From the NCBI GenBank assembly GCA_009840635.1, contig VXNL01000047.1, positions 510 to 64,509 on the forward strand: DNA of 64,000 nt, read 5' to 3'. The stretch's first letter is position 1; each line of letters opens with the position of its first letter. This DNA comes from Acidobacteriota bacterium (GTDB lineage Bacteria > Acidobacteriota > Vicinamibacteria > Marinacidobacterales > Marinacidobacteraceae). Below the pieces are notes generated by a model. That model was given only the letters and a program-made list of their open reading frames with translations. It searched no databases and was not told where the DNA came from. The position numbers and the translations under genes were made by a program. Shown piece by piece: positions 27,031-36,640 of this stretch.

Positions 27031-28424
27031 GAGCCTTCGGGCGGCACACCGGCGGAGACGAACAGGTCGGCGATCGCCTTCCAGGCGTCCGCGCTCACCA
27101 CCAGCGTGCGGTCGTCACCGGCCCGGAGCGCGCGCACCTCGCCGCTCGCTGAGACGGTCAGGCGGACCGTTTCCGGCGCGGTCTCCCTCGTTTCACCGCC
27201 CTCCTCGACTTCTTCCGTGACCGCGATGGCCCAGGCGGCGCCGTCTCCGGGAAGGCTCGCTTCCCCCACGGCCTCGGCCTCGGTGGAGTTCAGCTCGTAG
27301 AGCAGGTCCTCGACCGCCACGGTGTCCACGACCACCGGCGCGGCGCGGCCGCTCTCCATCGTCCATTCCCGGCCTTCCCCTCCCTCCCGGCGGTGGAACG
27401 TCGATTCGCCGTCAGGGGTCGCGAACCGCAGCGCGACGGTCCGGAAGGCCGCGAACCGGAAGAGATCCAGGGAACGAAGGTTGGCCATTTCGTTGTCGGC
27501 CACTTCGCGAAGCGCATCGAAGAGCGGTTTCCGGACCACGAAGATCAGCGGATCCGTTCCCAGCCGGGCGAAGACGCCCGGCGGCGTGCGGCTCTCGCTG
27601 CCGAAATGGACGGTCCGGGAGACGGCCTCTTCCCGCGGCCCGGCGACGAGGTCCAGTGCCGCCGTGAGCCGGGGCGAAGCCAGACCGAAGGGATCCTCTC
27701 CCCCTTCGTCCGGTGGCGGCGCCACGCCGGCCATCTCCGCATCCAGGAGTGCCGAGGCGAACTGCGACGCCTCATAGGGGTCCGCGGCGAAGCGGTAGGG
27801 GCGCAGGATGTTCCACACGCCCTCTTCCCGGGCGACCTCCACCGTGGTTCCTTCCCCGGTGCTGACCCGGAGGCGCCGCGCCGCCGCCATGTCCAGCCGG
27901 AATACCCGTTTGTCCCGAAGGTCCCAGGCGCTTCGGTCGAGGTTGTCCCGGGCGAAGGCGGACGTCACCAGCACCCGTTCTCCCAGCTGCAGGTAGCGGT
28001 TTCCCGCCGCCGGGGTCTCGTCCCCGAATCGGGCGGTGAGGGGATGGTCGTCCGACTCCGGGAACACCCGCAACAGCAATCCGGGTGGATCGAGCCCGAA
28101 ACCGGGGAGGTCCTCTCCCGTCACGTTTTCGATCTCCCGCTCGAAACGCAGCGAGACGACGTTCTGGAGGAAGAGGTCCGCCTCCCCGGCGTCGGCGGCC
28201 GACGCCGGGCCATCGCCTTCCGCGACGACGAACCCTTCGCCGTCCCGGGCCAGGCGGACGGCCGATTCGCCGGGGCGCTCGATCTCGATGGCCCGGATCT
28301 CGGGCTCGTCAAGGCCGAAGACCGGGTGTCCCTCGTCGCCGGCGCCTCCTTCGCGCTCGAACAGCGCGATCCAGCCGGCGACCGCCAGCGCGGCCAGTAG
28401 CGCGAGGAGCGTCGTCCTCCGCAC
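27027..28424 (-). CDS. DUF4340 domain protein (accessory component of the GldG-type ABC system)
   Basis: 465 aa with an N-terminal TM helix. It lies immediately downstream of gldG in the same operon. Confidence 0.7.
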   Translation of the reverse strand: MRRTTLLALLAALAVAGWIALFEREGGAGDEGHPVFGLDEPEIRAIEIERPGESAVRLARDGEGFVVAEGDGPASAADAGEADLFLQNVVSLRFEREIENVTGEDLPGFGLDPPGLLLRVFPESDDHPLTARFGDETPAAGNRYLQLGERVLVTSAFARDNLDRSAWDLRDKRVFRLDMAAARRLRVSTGEGTTVEVAREEGVWNILRPYRFAADPYEASQFASALLDAEMAGVAPPPDEGGEDPFGLASPRLTAALDLVAGPREEAVSRTVHFGSESRTPPGVFARLGTDPLIFVVRKPLFDALREVADNEMANLRSLDLFRFAAFRTVALRFATPDGESTFHRREGGEGREWTMESGRAAPVVVDTVAVEDLLYELNSTEAEAVGEASLPGDGAAWAIAVTEEVEEGGETRETAPETVRLTVSASGEVRALRAGDDRTLVVSADAWKAIADLFVSAGVPPEGS

Positions 28425-28430
28425 GTCACT

Positions 28431-29987
28431 TCACCTTCGCGACCACCAGACGGTGACGCCCCAGATCAGGAAGAACCCGGGCAGGAACACCAGGCTCAGC
28501 AGCACCACGTTCCGTACCTGCGCGGAAGTCATCGTGATCCGCCGGTCCTCGGCCGCGCGCGGACGGATCGCGATGAGGTCCTCGTCCTCGGTGAGCCAGT
28601 TCACCATGTTGAGGAACAGATCGGCGTTGCCGAGCGGCGCGAGAGCCAGGTTGTTCCCGATGAAATCGGAGTCCCCGACGATGACCAGGCGGCCCTCCGG
28701 GGCTTCGGCAGATCCCTCGTCGGAGGACTCTTCCTCAGGATCGACCTCGGGCTCCGCGGCGGTTTCCGGAGGATGCGGTGCCGCAGGGTCCACTTCCGCC
28801 GCCGGATCGTCCTGATCGCCGGTCGGAACGTGGACCGCGTAGGCGAGCCTCAGCGGTCCGGTCCGCTCGTCCTCTCCGGCGTTCACTTCACCGGTCTCCA
28901 GCTCCTCGGGATCGACCTCCCCCCAGGCGACGTCGGAGCTGAGGACGAGTTCCGAGAGACGCATCCCCCGGGGAAGCTCGTCGGGCGGGGTGGCGATGAG
29001 GCTCTGCGCGAGTGGAAAGACGGTGGCCGCGTTCACGAACCCCCGGGTGATCGGATGGAACCCGTAGGAGGCGGCGAGCGGAACCTCCACCCCGAAGCCG
29101 AAGAGCTGACCGACTCCGCTGGCGTCGATCACCACGTCCCCGGCCGGCGTCGCCCCGAACGTTCCGGCCAACCCGGTGAGCTCCTCCCTTTCATCGGGGG
29201 TTCCCGGCGGATCCGGTGGATCGAGGAGCAGCATGGCCTTCCCGCCCGCCCGGACGTGGGCGGCGAGGGCCGCGGCCTCCGCCTCCAGGAGATCGAGCCG
29301 GGGACCGGCGACGATCACGGCGGCCGCATCCTCGGGAATCCGGACCTCGCCGTCCTCGACGTGTTCGAGCAGCGCCAGCGCGGCAACCTCGTAGTTGGAC
29401 TCCTCGAGCCGCGACCCGATGGCGGAGAGTCCGCCGGCGCCCGTCTCTTCGAGGGACCGCTCCTGGTGCCCGGTCGTGAAGTAGACCTTCCTGGTCTCGC
29501 CCTTCAGGATCTTCACGATGGCGTTCGTGATGTCCTGCTCCTGGGGCGCGGTGACGCGTTCCTGCCGTTCGCCGCTTTCCACGACGATGGTGCCGAAGGG
29601 AATCCCGGCTTCGGCGGTCGCCTGGTAGGCCCGCGCCCGGGCGGGTTCCGCCTCCTGGTCGATGACCTCCCAGGCGACCCGGTCGCTCCGGTCGGCGTAG
29701 CGCTCGAAGAGTTCGACGGTGCGTCCGGCGGCGCGCGGCTGGTCGAGCACCACGAGGCGGATGTCGCGGTCGAGTTCTTCCAGGATCCTGATCGTCTGCG
29801 GGGAGAGGCTGAACTGGCCGCCGGCGGTGAGGTCCCAGGAGACGTTTCGCCGGTTCGCCACGTAGTTGACGCCCACCAGGACGCCGAGGAGCAGGAGCGC
29901 CGTCACCCCGAGATTCGCCCCTTCACGCGCGCTCCGCCTGCCGAAAGCGGTGCGCAACCGGTCGAGCGGGCCGCTCATCCGCGCCAC
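28431..29987 (-). CDS. gldG: GldG-family protein (ABC-type uncharacterised transport system, auxiliary component)
   Basis: 518 aa with N- and C-terminal TM helices around a large periplasmic domain. Its start overlaps the stop of the ABC-2 permease. Confidence 0.75.
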   Translation of the reverse strand: MARMSGPLDRLRTAFGRRSAREGANLGVTALLLLGVLVGVNYVANRRNVSWDLTAGGQFSLSPQTIRILEELDRDIRLVVLDQPRAAGRTVELFERYADRSDRVAWEVIDQEAEPARARAYQATAEAGIPFGTIVVESGERQERVTAPQEQDITNAIVKILKGETRKVYFTTGHQERSLEETGAGGLSAIGSRLEESNYEVAALALLEHVEDGEVRIPEDAAAVIVAGPRLDLLEAEAAALAAHVRAGGKAMLLLDPPDPPGTPDEREELTGLAGTFGATPAGDVVIDASGVGQLFGFGVEVPLAASYGFHPITRGFVNAATVFPLAQSLIATPPDELPRGMRLSELVLSSDVAWGEVDPEELETGEVNAGEDERTGPLRLAYAVHVPTGDQDDPAAEVDPAAPHPPETAAEPEVDPEEESSDEGSAEAPEGRLVIVGDSDFIGNNLALAPLGNADLFLNMVNWLTEDEDLIAIRPRAAEDRRITMTSAQVRNVVLLSLVFLPGFFLIWGVTVWWSRR

Positions 29988-30745
29988 CGGCGGGAGCGCA
30001 CGGACTCCCGGGCGAGGTAGAGCCAGAAGGCGGCAAACGACAGGTAGAACACGAGGTCGCGCGTCGTGATCACCCCGCGCGCGAACCCCTCCATGTGTCC
30101 GGTCACCGAGAGATAGGCGAGCAGGCGCCCCGGCTCGCCGCCGCGGGCCCCGGCGAACTCCACCAGCCAGAGCACGAGCAGCGCACCGAAGGTCAGCAAC
30201 CCGGCCACGATCTGGTTGCGGGTGAGGCTCGAGAAGAAGAGGCCGAGCGCCAGCAGGCCGGCCCCGAGCAGCAGCAGACCCAGATAGGCGGCGAGGACGG
30301 GCGCGATCTCGGGCCGGGAAAACCAGAACAGGACGCCCACGTGGAGTCCGGTCAGCGCCAGCATCCCGGCGTAGAGGGCGAACGCGGCCAGGAACTTGCC
30401 GATCACGATCTGGCCGTCGGTGATCGGCGCCGTGAGCAGCAGCTCCATGGTGCCCGAACGGATCTCCTCGGACACCGTGCGCATGGAGAGCAGGGGCAGC
30501 AGGAAGAGCGCCAGAATCGCGGTGCTCGCCATCAGCCAGCGGAGCAGGTCGGTGTTCACGTTCAGCGTTCCGCCGCTGAAGCCGCCCATCTGGCTCATCC
30601 GCATCCCGGCTTCCACGAAGCTCTGGAGGTAGTCGGCGAAGAAGTATCCGTAGAGGAAAGCGAACGCGCCGAAGAGGACGTAGGCCACCGGCGAGGCCAG
30701 CGCGGCGCCGATCTCGCGCCGGGCGATCGTCAGCGCGTTCCTCAT
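29975..30745 (-). CDS. gldF: ABC-2 type transporter permease (GldF-like)
   Basis: 256 aa with six TM helices. It overlaps the stop of the upstream ATPase (ATGA). Confidence 0.8.
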   Translation of the reverse strand: MRNALTIARREIGAALASPVAYVLFGAFAFLYGYFFADYLQSFVEAGMRMSQMGGFSGGTLNVNTDLLRWLMASTAILALFLLPLLSMRTVSEEIRSGTMELLLTAPITDGQIVIGKFLAAFALYAGMLALTGLHVGVLFWFSRPEIAPVLAAYLGLLLLGAGLLALGLFFSSLTRNQIVAGLLTFGALLVLWLVEFAGARGGEPGRLLAYLSVTGHMEGFARGVITTRDLVFYLSFAAFWLYLARESVRSRRWRG

Positions 30746-31758
30746 GCGTCTTCTTCCGGAACCCCGGACGCGTCCGTGACGTCGCCGGTCCCGTTCGCCT
30801 CAGTCTCCTCGGTGGTGAGCGCGAGGAAGACGTCCTCGAGGCTCGCGCCGCCCCGGCGCAGGCCGTAGAGCGGACATCCGGCCTCGAGAAGCGCCCGGGC
30901 CAGGGCGGTGGCGATCGTCCGGTCTCCGGCCGCCTCGACCTGGAGCACCAGCGTCCGCTCCGCCGTCTCGGGGCCCGCCTCCACCCGCGCGACGCCGGGG
31001 ATGGCCCGCAGCGCGGCCTCCGCCGCGTCCGCCGGCGGCGCCGTTTCGATCTCCCAGGTTCCGGAGCCGCGCTCGGCGGCGCCCAGCCGCGCCACCAGCC
31101 TCTCGGGAGTGTCTTCGGCGCGCAGCCGGCCGCCGGCGATGATGACCACCCGGTCGCAGGTGACGGCGACCTCGGGAAGGATGTGTGTGGAGAGCACGAC
31201 CGTCCGTTCGCCCGCCAGGGTCCGGATCAGCTTGCGCGTCTCGTGGATCTGCTTGGGATCGAGCCCGGCGGTCGGCTCGTCGAGGACGAGCAGCTCGGGT
31301 TCGTGGACGAGCGCCTGCGCGAGGCCCACCCGTTGGCGGAAGCCGCGGCTCAGCTTCCCGATGATGTGCTCCCGGGCCTCCCCGAGGGCGCAGCGCTCGA
31401 TCGCACGCTCGACGGCCGGCCGAATCCCGGTCTTCGGGACGCCCCGGAGCCGCGCCGCGAACTCGAGGAAGGCGGCGACCTCCATTTCCGGATAGAGCGG
31501 CGGGTTCTCCGGCAGGTATCCGATCCGCCGCCTCACCTCGAGCGGGGACTCCGCGATGTCCAGACCGCCGACCAGCACCCGTCCTTCGCTCGGCGGCATG
31601 AAGCCGGTGATGACCCGCATGGTGGTCGTCTTCCCGGCGCCGTTCGGCCCCAGGAAGCCGAGGACCTCGCCCTTCGCGACGCCGAAGCTGAGGTCCGCTA
31701 CTGCGAGCGTCCTCCCGTAGCGCTTGGAGACACTCTCCACCAATACGAGGGGTTCCAC
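30742..31758 (-). CDS. gldA: ABC transporter ATP-binding protein (GldA-like)
   Basis: Walker A GPNGAGKTT, signature LSRGFRQRV, Walker B LLVLDEPTAGLD. Confidence 0.88.
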   Translation of the reverse strand: MEPLVLVESVSKRYGRTLAVADLSFGVAKGEVLGFLGPNGAGKTTTMRVITGFMPPSEGRVLVGGLDIAESPLEVRRRIGYLPENPPLYPEMEVAAFLEFAARLRGVPKTGIRPAVERAIERCALGEAREHIIGKLSRGFRQRVGLAQALVHEPELLVLDEPTAGLDPKQIHETRKLIRTLAGERTVVLSTHILPEVAVTCDRVVIIAGGRLRAEDTPERLVARLGAAERGSGTWEIETAPPADAAEAALRAIPGVARVEAGPETAERTLVLQVEAAGDRTIATALARALLEAGCPLYGLRRGGASLEDVFLALTTEETEANGTGDVTDASGVPEEDA

Positions 31759-31883
31759 GGCTGTTTCGAGGAGTGGGTTCTCGATGGCGTTCGGTACTCG
31801 CTGACTCGGGTCGCCGGGTAGGCGGGAGGTGGCCGGCCCGGCAGTCTATACTGGCGGCGGGGCGGTTCCCGCCCGAGACTGCC

Positions 31884-32534
31884 ATGCATTTTCGCCGCCT
31901 TCTTCTCCCGTCCGGTGTTGGCCTTGCCGTGCTGCTCGCCGGCTTGCTCCCGCTCGCGATCACGGCTCCCGGCTGCGTCAACCAGGAGGACAACGCGACC
32001 GCCTCGCGGATGAGGCTGACCGAGCTCGTCGCCTACTGGGCGGTGCGCGGCCGGGATTCCGAGGGAAACAACTACATCCGGCCGGCGGTCCGTTTCCGGG
32101 TCACCAACACGAACCCGGAACCGGTCGAGTACGTCCAGGTGATGTCGGTGTTCCGTCGCGAATCGATGCCGGACGAGGCCTGGGGGACCGGCTACGTCCA
32201 CTCGGTCGCCGAAGAGGCGCTCGCCCCCGGCGAAGCGAGCGGGGAACACACCCTGCGCGCGGATTCCAACTACCTCTCGCAGGGCGCGCCGGAGCGGATG
32301 TTCGAAAACGAACTCTGGGAAGACGTAGAGGTCGAGATGTTCGTTCGGGTGGGCGCCTCCTCGTGGATTTCGCAGGGGAAGACCATGGCGCTTCGCCGGC
32401 TCGGCCCGCCGGGCGTCGAGAAGTACCTCGAACCCATCGACGACGAGCCGATCTACGGCATCGCTCCGGGGCCGGACGACGTGCCGGAGCCCGAACCGGA
32501 GCCCTCGGCGGAAAACCCCTCGGAAGCGCGCTGA
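31884..32534 (+). CDS. hypothetical lipoprotein
   Basis: Internal ATG followed by signal MHFRRLLLPSGVGLAVLLAGLLPLAITAPGC with a lipobox. The acidic, P/E-rich C-terminal tail resembles a linker. Confidence 0.6.
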   Translation: MHFRRLLLPSGVGLAVLLAGLLPLAITAPGCVNQEDNATASRMRLTELVAYWAVRGRDSEGNNYIRPAVRFRVTNTNPEPVEYVQVMSVFRRESMPDEAWGTGYVHSVAEEALAPGEASGEHTLRADSNYLSQGAPERMFENELWEDVEVEMFVRVGASSWISQGKTMALRRLGPPGVEKYLEPIDDEPIYGIAPGPDDVPEPEPEPSAENPSEAR

Positions 32535-32545
32535 GCGCGCCGGCG

Positions 32546-33673
32546 TCAGCGGGCGCCTGATCCGCCGAAGCGCCGCTGGTGGTCCCAGGTGGCGAAGCGG
32601 TCGGTCATGCCGGCGATGTAGTCGCAGACCACCCGCTCCCGGGACGATTCCCCGATCCGCTGCCGGAAGTGGGCCGGCAGGTCCTCCGGCGTTTCCAGGT
32701 AATGGCGGAAGAGGCCTGGCAACCGCCGCGTTTCGGCCTCGGTGGTGCCGGCTACGCGCGGGTGGCGGTAGAGGCGCTGGTGGAGGATCGCCTTGAGTTC
32801 CCGCAACTCCCCAGCATGGCCCGCGGGAAGCTCGACGAGTCGTGCCGCGGATGCGGGTGCTGCCGGACCGCTTCCTCCAGGGGCCTCGATCCCGGCTTCG
32901 CGGATGCGCCTTTCCGTCTCGCCGACGAGCGCGATCACGAGGTCCGCGATGACCGCGCGGAGCAGGGTGCGGACCTTGACGCGCCCGTAGTGCTGTCCCT
33001 TCTCGAAGGACCCCGGCCAGTGCCTCCGGAAGAGCGCCGCTTCCTCCAGGTCCGAAACGCCGATCAGCCCCGAGGAGAGGCCGTCTTCCATGTCGTGGGC
33101 GCTGTATGCGATCTCGTCGGCGAGGTCCGCGACCTGCGCCTCGAGGGGCGGCGGCCCGAGGCCCCGGAGATCGTCCGGAACGAATCCCGCCCGGCTCGAG
33201 TGGGCGAAGATCCCGTGCCGCGATTCGCGGGTCAGGTTGAGGCCCGGAAAATCCGGATAGGCGCGTTCGAGTGCGTCCACGATGCGGAAGGACTGGATGT
33301 TGTGCTCGAACCCGCCGTGGTCTCGCATCAGGTGGTCCAGCACCTCCTCTCCCGCGTGGCCGAAGGGGGTGTGGCCGAGGTCGTGGGCCAGCGCGACCGC
33401 CTCGGTGAGGTCCTCGTTGAGGCGGAGCGTCCGGGCGATCGTCCGCGCGATCTGGGCGACCTCGAGGGTGTGCGTGAGGCGGGTGCGGTAGTGGTCGCCC
33501 TCGTGGTTGATGAAGACCTGGGTCTTGTACTGGAGCCGGCGGAAGGCGCTCGAATGGATGATCCGGTCGCGGTCGCGCTGGTACGGCGTCCGGAAAGGGT
33601 CGGTCTCTTCCGGCCAGCGGCGTCCTGCCGTCAGGTCGCTGCGGCAGGCGGCGGGCCTGAGACCTACCTCCAC
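32546..33673 (-). CDS. dGTP triphosphohydrolase-like HD-domain protein (Dgt family)
   Basis: GTG at 33673. Motifs: FRTPYQRDRDRIIHSSAFRRLQYKTQVF, HTRLTHTLEVAQIAR and DLGHTPFGH, which carries the HD pair. The first ~330 aa of ORF 32546..34621 are low-complexity and overlap the VWA gene out of frame. Confidence 0.85.
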   Translation of the reverse strand: MEVGLRPAACRSDLTAGRRWPEETDPFRTPYQRDRDRIIHSSAFRRLQYKTQVFINHEGDHYRTRLTHTLEVAQIARTIARTLRLNEDLTEAVALAHDLGHTPFGHAGEEVLDHLMRDHGGFEHNIQSFRIVDALERAYPDFPGLNLTRESRHGIFAHSSRAGFVPDDLRGLGPPPLEAQVADLADEIAYSAHDMEDGLSSGLIGVSDLEEAALFRRHWPGSFEKGQHYGRVKVRTLLRAVIADLVIALVGETERRIREAGIEAPGGSGPAAPASAARLVELPAGHAGELRELKAILHQRLYRHPRVAGTTEAETRRLPGLFRHYLETPEDLPAHFRQRIGESSRERVVCDYIAGMTDRFATWDHQRRFGGSGAR

Positions 33674-33687
33674 GCCTTCGAGCGCCG

Positions 33688-34635
33688 CTAACCCGGCGCG
33701 TAGTAGCCGAGCTTGGTCCGTACCCTGAGATCCGGACGGTTGGTCTGCACCACGATGCGCCTCCAGGCGCCGTCCTGCCGGGGGTTGTTGGAGATGTAGC
33801 CGACGTTGTACTGGCTCTTGAGTTCCTCGGCGATCCGGGCGTACACCGAGTCCAGTTCGGCCAGCTCGGCGGGGAAGAACCACTGGCCGCCGGTCTCTTC
33901 GGCCAGGTTCTTGAGGACGTGCTCGGCTTCGGAAAAGCGCCTTCCGCGCCGTCGCGCGGTGTTCTGCAGCGAGATGGAGTAGATGACGACGTCGGTGTCC
34001 TTGGTCAGGTCCAGCACCTGTTCGAAGGTGACGAGCGAACTCGTGTCCCGGCCGTCGGACAGCAGGATGATGGCCTGCCGGCGGGCTTCCATCCGCTGGC
34101 GTTCGAGCGAGCGGAGCGAGATGTACATGGCGTTGTGCAGTTTGGTGGTGCCGCCCGCCTGGGTCATCCGGATGGCGTGCTCGAGTTCGCCGTGGTCGTT
34201 CGTGAACTTCTGCAGGATGTTGGCGTTGCTGCCGAACTCGACCACCTGCGCCACGTCCTCCAGGCGCAGGGTCTGGGTGAACCGGACTGCTGCCTCCTGG
34301 GCGAAGTTCATCTTGTCCACCATGCTCGCCGAGGTGTCGAGCAGCAGGACCATGCGGATCGGCAGGTCCTCGCGGGAGAAGGCCTCGATTTCCTGCAGGA
34401 TGCCGTCCTCGTAGACCGAGAAGTCCTCTTCGATCAGATCGGTGATGAACCGCTCGCGTGCGTCGGTGACGGTGACGTTGAGCGAGATCAGGTCCACCGT
34501 CACCCGGAACTGGTAGGCCTGCTGGACAAGGGGACCGGCCGCCGCGGTCAGGCCGCCAAGGACGAGGGTCAGGCTGCCGGCGGCAACGACCCCTCGCCAT
34601 CCCCGAAGGAACCGGCGGCACGCGCGGATGTCCAT
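33688..34635 (-). CDS. VWA-domain protein with N-terminal signal/TM (Acidobacteria-type VWFA family)
   Basis: Internal ATG (CAT at 34633-34635). MIDAS motif LLLDTSASM, then a vWA fold, with a conserved C-terminal region. Confidence 0.8.
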   Translation of the reverse strand: MDIRACRRFLRGWRGVVAAGSLTLVLGGLTAAAGPLVQQAYQFRVTVDLISLNVTVTDARERFITDLIEEDFSVYEDGILQEIEAFSREDLPIRMVLLLDTSASMVDKMNFAQEAAVRFTQTLRLEDVAQVVEFGSNANILQKFTNDHGELEHAIRMTQAGGTTKLHNAMYISLRSLERQRMEARRQAIILLSDGRDTSSLVTFEQVLDLTKDTDVVIYSISLQNTARRRGRRFSEAEHVLKNLAEETGGQWFFPAELAELDSVYARIAEELKSQYNVGYISNNPRQDGAWRRIVVQTNRPDLRVRTKLGYYAPG

Positions 34636-34727
34636 GAGCAACCCGCTATTCTGACGCAATTCCCGCGCCCTCCCTCGTGTTCTTCGACCCTTCTTCAAGC
34701 TTGCCGGAAGGCCGGCGCTGAGTCACG

Positions 34728-35273
34728 GTGTCGAGCACCTCCCGACCGGCCGCCGGCGCGGCGGCTTCCGGCCCGACCGCCGCGATCCTGACCGCGAGCG
34801 ACGGGTGCGCCGCCGGAGTGGTTCCCGACCGTTCCGGGGCCGTCGCCCGCCGGATCCTCCTCGAACTTGGGTTTCGCATTGCCGATGCGGCGATCGTGCC
34901 CGACGAAGTGGACGCCATCCGGGAAAGAGTGGGCGCCTGGGCCGCGTCCGGCATTCAACTGGTCCTGACGACCGGCGGCACCGGGCTCGGGCCCCGGGAC
35001 CGCACGCCGGAGGCGGTCGCGCCCTTGCTCGACCGTGAACTTCCCGGCTACGGCGAATTGCTGCGGTCGGAGGGCCTCCGGGATACACCCATGGCGGTCC
35101 TGTCCCGGAGCCTCGCGGGAAGCATCGGCGCCACCCTGGTGATCGTCCTTCCGGGGAGCCCGCGGGCCGTCGAAAGCGGGCTGCGGACGCTGGCTCCGAC
35201 GATCCCTCACGCCCTGCAACTCCTTGCCGGAGACACCGCGCATTCCCGTTCCGTAAACCCTCGTAACGGTTGA
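34728..35273 (+). CDS. molybdopterin adenylyltransferase / MoaB-MogA family protein
   Basis: GTG start. Motifs: ILTASDGCAAG, TTGGTGLGPRD, LPGSP. Confidence 0.8.
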   Translation: MSSTSRPAAGAAASGPTAAILTASDGCAAGVVPDRSGAVARRILLELGFRIADAAIVPDEVDAIRERVGAWAASGIQLVLTTGGTGLGPRDRTPEAVAPLLDRELPGYGELLRSEGLRDTPMAVLSRSLAGSIGATLVIVLPGSPRAVESGLRTLAPTIPHALQLLAGDTAHSRSVNPRNG

Positions 35274-35332
35274 TATACTTGGCGAATTCCACCGCGCCGC
35301 ACCCGGTTTGAGGCGGCGCGCGGACTCCGAAA

Positions 35333-35665
35333 ATGACACCCGAGGAACTGCAACTGCACGAAGCGAACCTTCTTGCCAAGAAGGCCGCCATCGAGAAGCT
35401 CGTGCACACGCGCGCCTTCTCGCGGACGCCGCCGCACGGAGATGACGGGGACCGCTCCATGGTGGCGAACGACGACGAGATCGTGATCCAGCTTCAGCAG
35501 AACGACGCGAAGCTGCTCCGCGCCATCGACAAGGCGCTCGCCCGGATCAAGGCCGGCGAGTTCGGTATCTGTTCCGACTGCGACGAGGAGATCCCGCGCC
35601 TCCGGCTGGAGGCGGTTCCCTGGACTCGCGTCTGCGTCCCCTGCAAGGAACGGCAGTACTCCTGA
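35333..35665 (+). CDS. DksA/TraR-family C4-type zinc-finger protein
   Basis: 110 aa with a coiled-coil N-terminus and a CSDC...CVPC zinc finger. Confidence 0.8.
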   Translation: MTPEELQLHEANLLAKKAAIEKLVHTRAFSRTPPHGDDGDRSMVANDDEIVIQLQQNDAKLLRAIDKALARIKAGEFGICSDCDEEIPRLRLEAVPWTRVCVPCKERQYS

Positions 35666-35674
35666 ACGCGGCGG

Positions 35675-35719
35675 TTCGGAGCGCCGGCCTCCGGCCGGCA
35701 TCGCGCGGTAGCGCGAAAC
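35675..35719. repeat. REP family B unit (third copy)
   Basis: ttcggagcgccggcctccggccggcatcgcgcggtagcgcgaaac lies directly after the DksA-family gene stop and may also serve as a terminator hairpin. Confidence 0.5.
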
Positions 35720-35764
35720 GAGCCCCCACAACCCCAAGCCAAGCGAACAGGGGCTGACCCACGG

Positions 35765-36556
35765 ATGGACCTCGGTATTACCGGCCGCGCCGCCGTCGTC
35801 GCCGCGGGAAGCCAGGGGCTCGGCCGCGCGGTCGCCGAAGCGCTGGCCGCGGAGGGGGCCCGGGTCGCCATCGGAGCGCGGGGCCGGGACGCCCTCGACC
35901 GCGCCGCCGCGGGGATCCGGGAACGCCACGGGGTGGAGGTCCTCGCCCACCCGGTGGACGTCGGCGATCCGGATGCCGCCTTCGGGTTCGTCCGGGCCGC
36001 GGAGGAGCGCTTCGGGCAGGTGGACATCCTGGTGACGAACGCCGGAGGGCCCCCGCCGACCCGGCTCAAGGACACGACGCCCCAGCAGTGGCGGGACGCG
36101 CTCGAGGCGAACCTGCTCTCCTGCGTGAACCTGGTACGCGCCGCCCTCCCGGGCATGATCGCCCGCCGCTGGGGGCGGATCCTCGCCATCGCCTCGGTCT
36201 CGGTGAAACAGCCGGTGCCGGACATCATCCTGTCCAACACCGCGCGATCCGGGATCGCCGGGTTCATGAAGTCGCTGGCCAACGAGGCGGCGCCCCATGG
36301 AGTGCTCGCCAACGTGCTCTGTCCCGGCTACACGCGGACCGCCCGGCTCGTCGAACTTGCCGACCACATAGCGGCGAGGCGCGGTTGTTCCGTGGACCAG
36401 GTGTACGCCGAATGGTCCGCGGACATCCCGCTCGGACGGGTCGGGGAACCCGAGGAGTTCGCCGCCGCGGCCGCCTTCCTCGTCTCCGAGCGCGCCAGTT
36501 ACATCACGGGGACGGTGCTCGCGGTGGACGGCGGCCACATCAAGAGCGTCACCTGA
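35765..36556 (+). CDS. SDR-family oxidoreductase (3-oxoacyl-ACP reductase-like)
   Basis: TGRAAVVAAGSQGLGRA Rossmann motif, NAG, and catalytic S...Y...K. Confidence 0.88.
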   Translation: MDLGITGRAAVVAAGSQGLGRAVAEALAAEGARVAIGARGRDALDRAAAGIRERHGVEVLAHPVDVGDPDAAFGFVRAAEERFGQVDILVTNAGGPPPTRLKDTTPQQWRDALEANLLSCVNLVRAALPGMIARRWGRILAIASVSVKQPVPDIILSNTARSGIAGFMKSLANEAAPHGVLANVLCPGYTRTARLVELADHIAARRGCSVDQVYAEWSADIPLGRVGEPEEFAAAAAFLVSERASYITGTVLAVDGGHIKSVT

Positions 36557-36640
36557 TTGCCCGGGCGCAGGTGGGCTCGGACTCCATGGCGTGGGCGGGA
36601 GGGTCGCGGAGCCGCGGGTTTTGTTGCCGTGATGGCGCCG

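Noticed and set aside
32546-34621. The 691-aa ORF-track product that would extend the dGTPase N-terminally by ~330 residues
   Set aside because: The extension is low-complexity and overlaps the well-supported VWA gene in another frame. An in-frame GTG at 33673 gives a normal-length (375-aa) Dgt.
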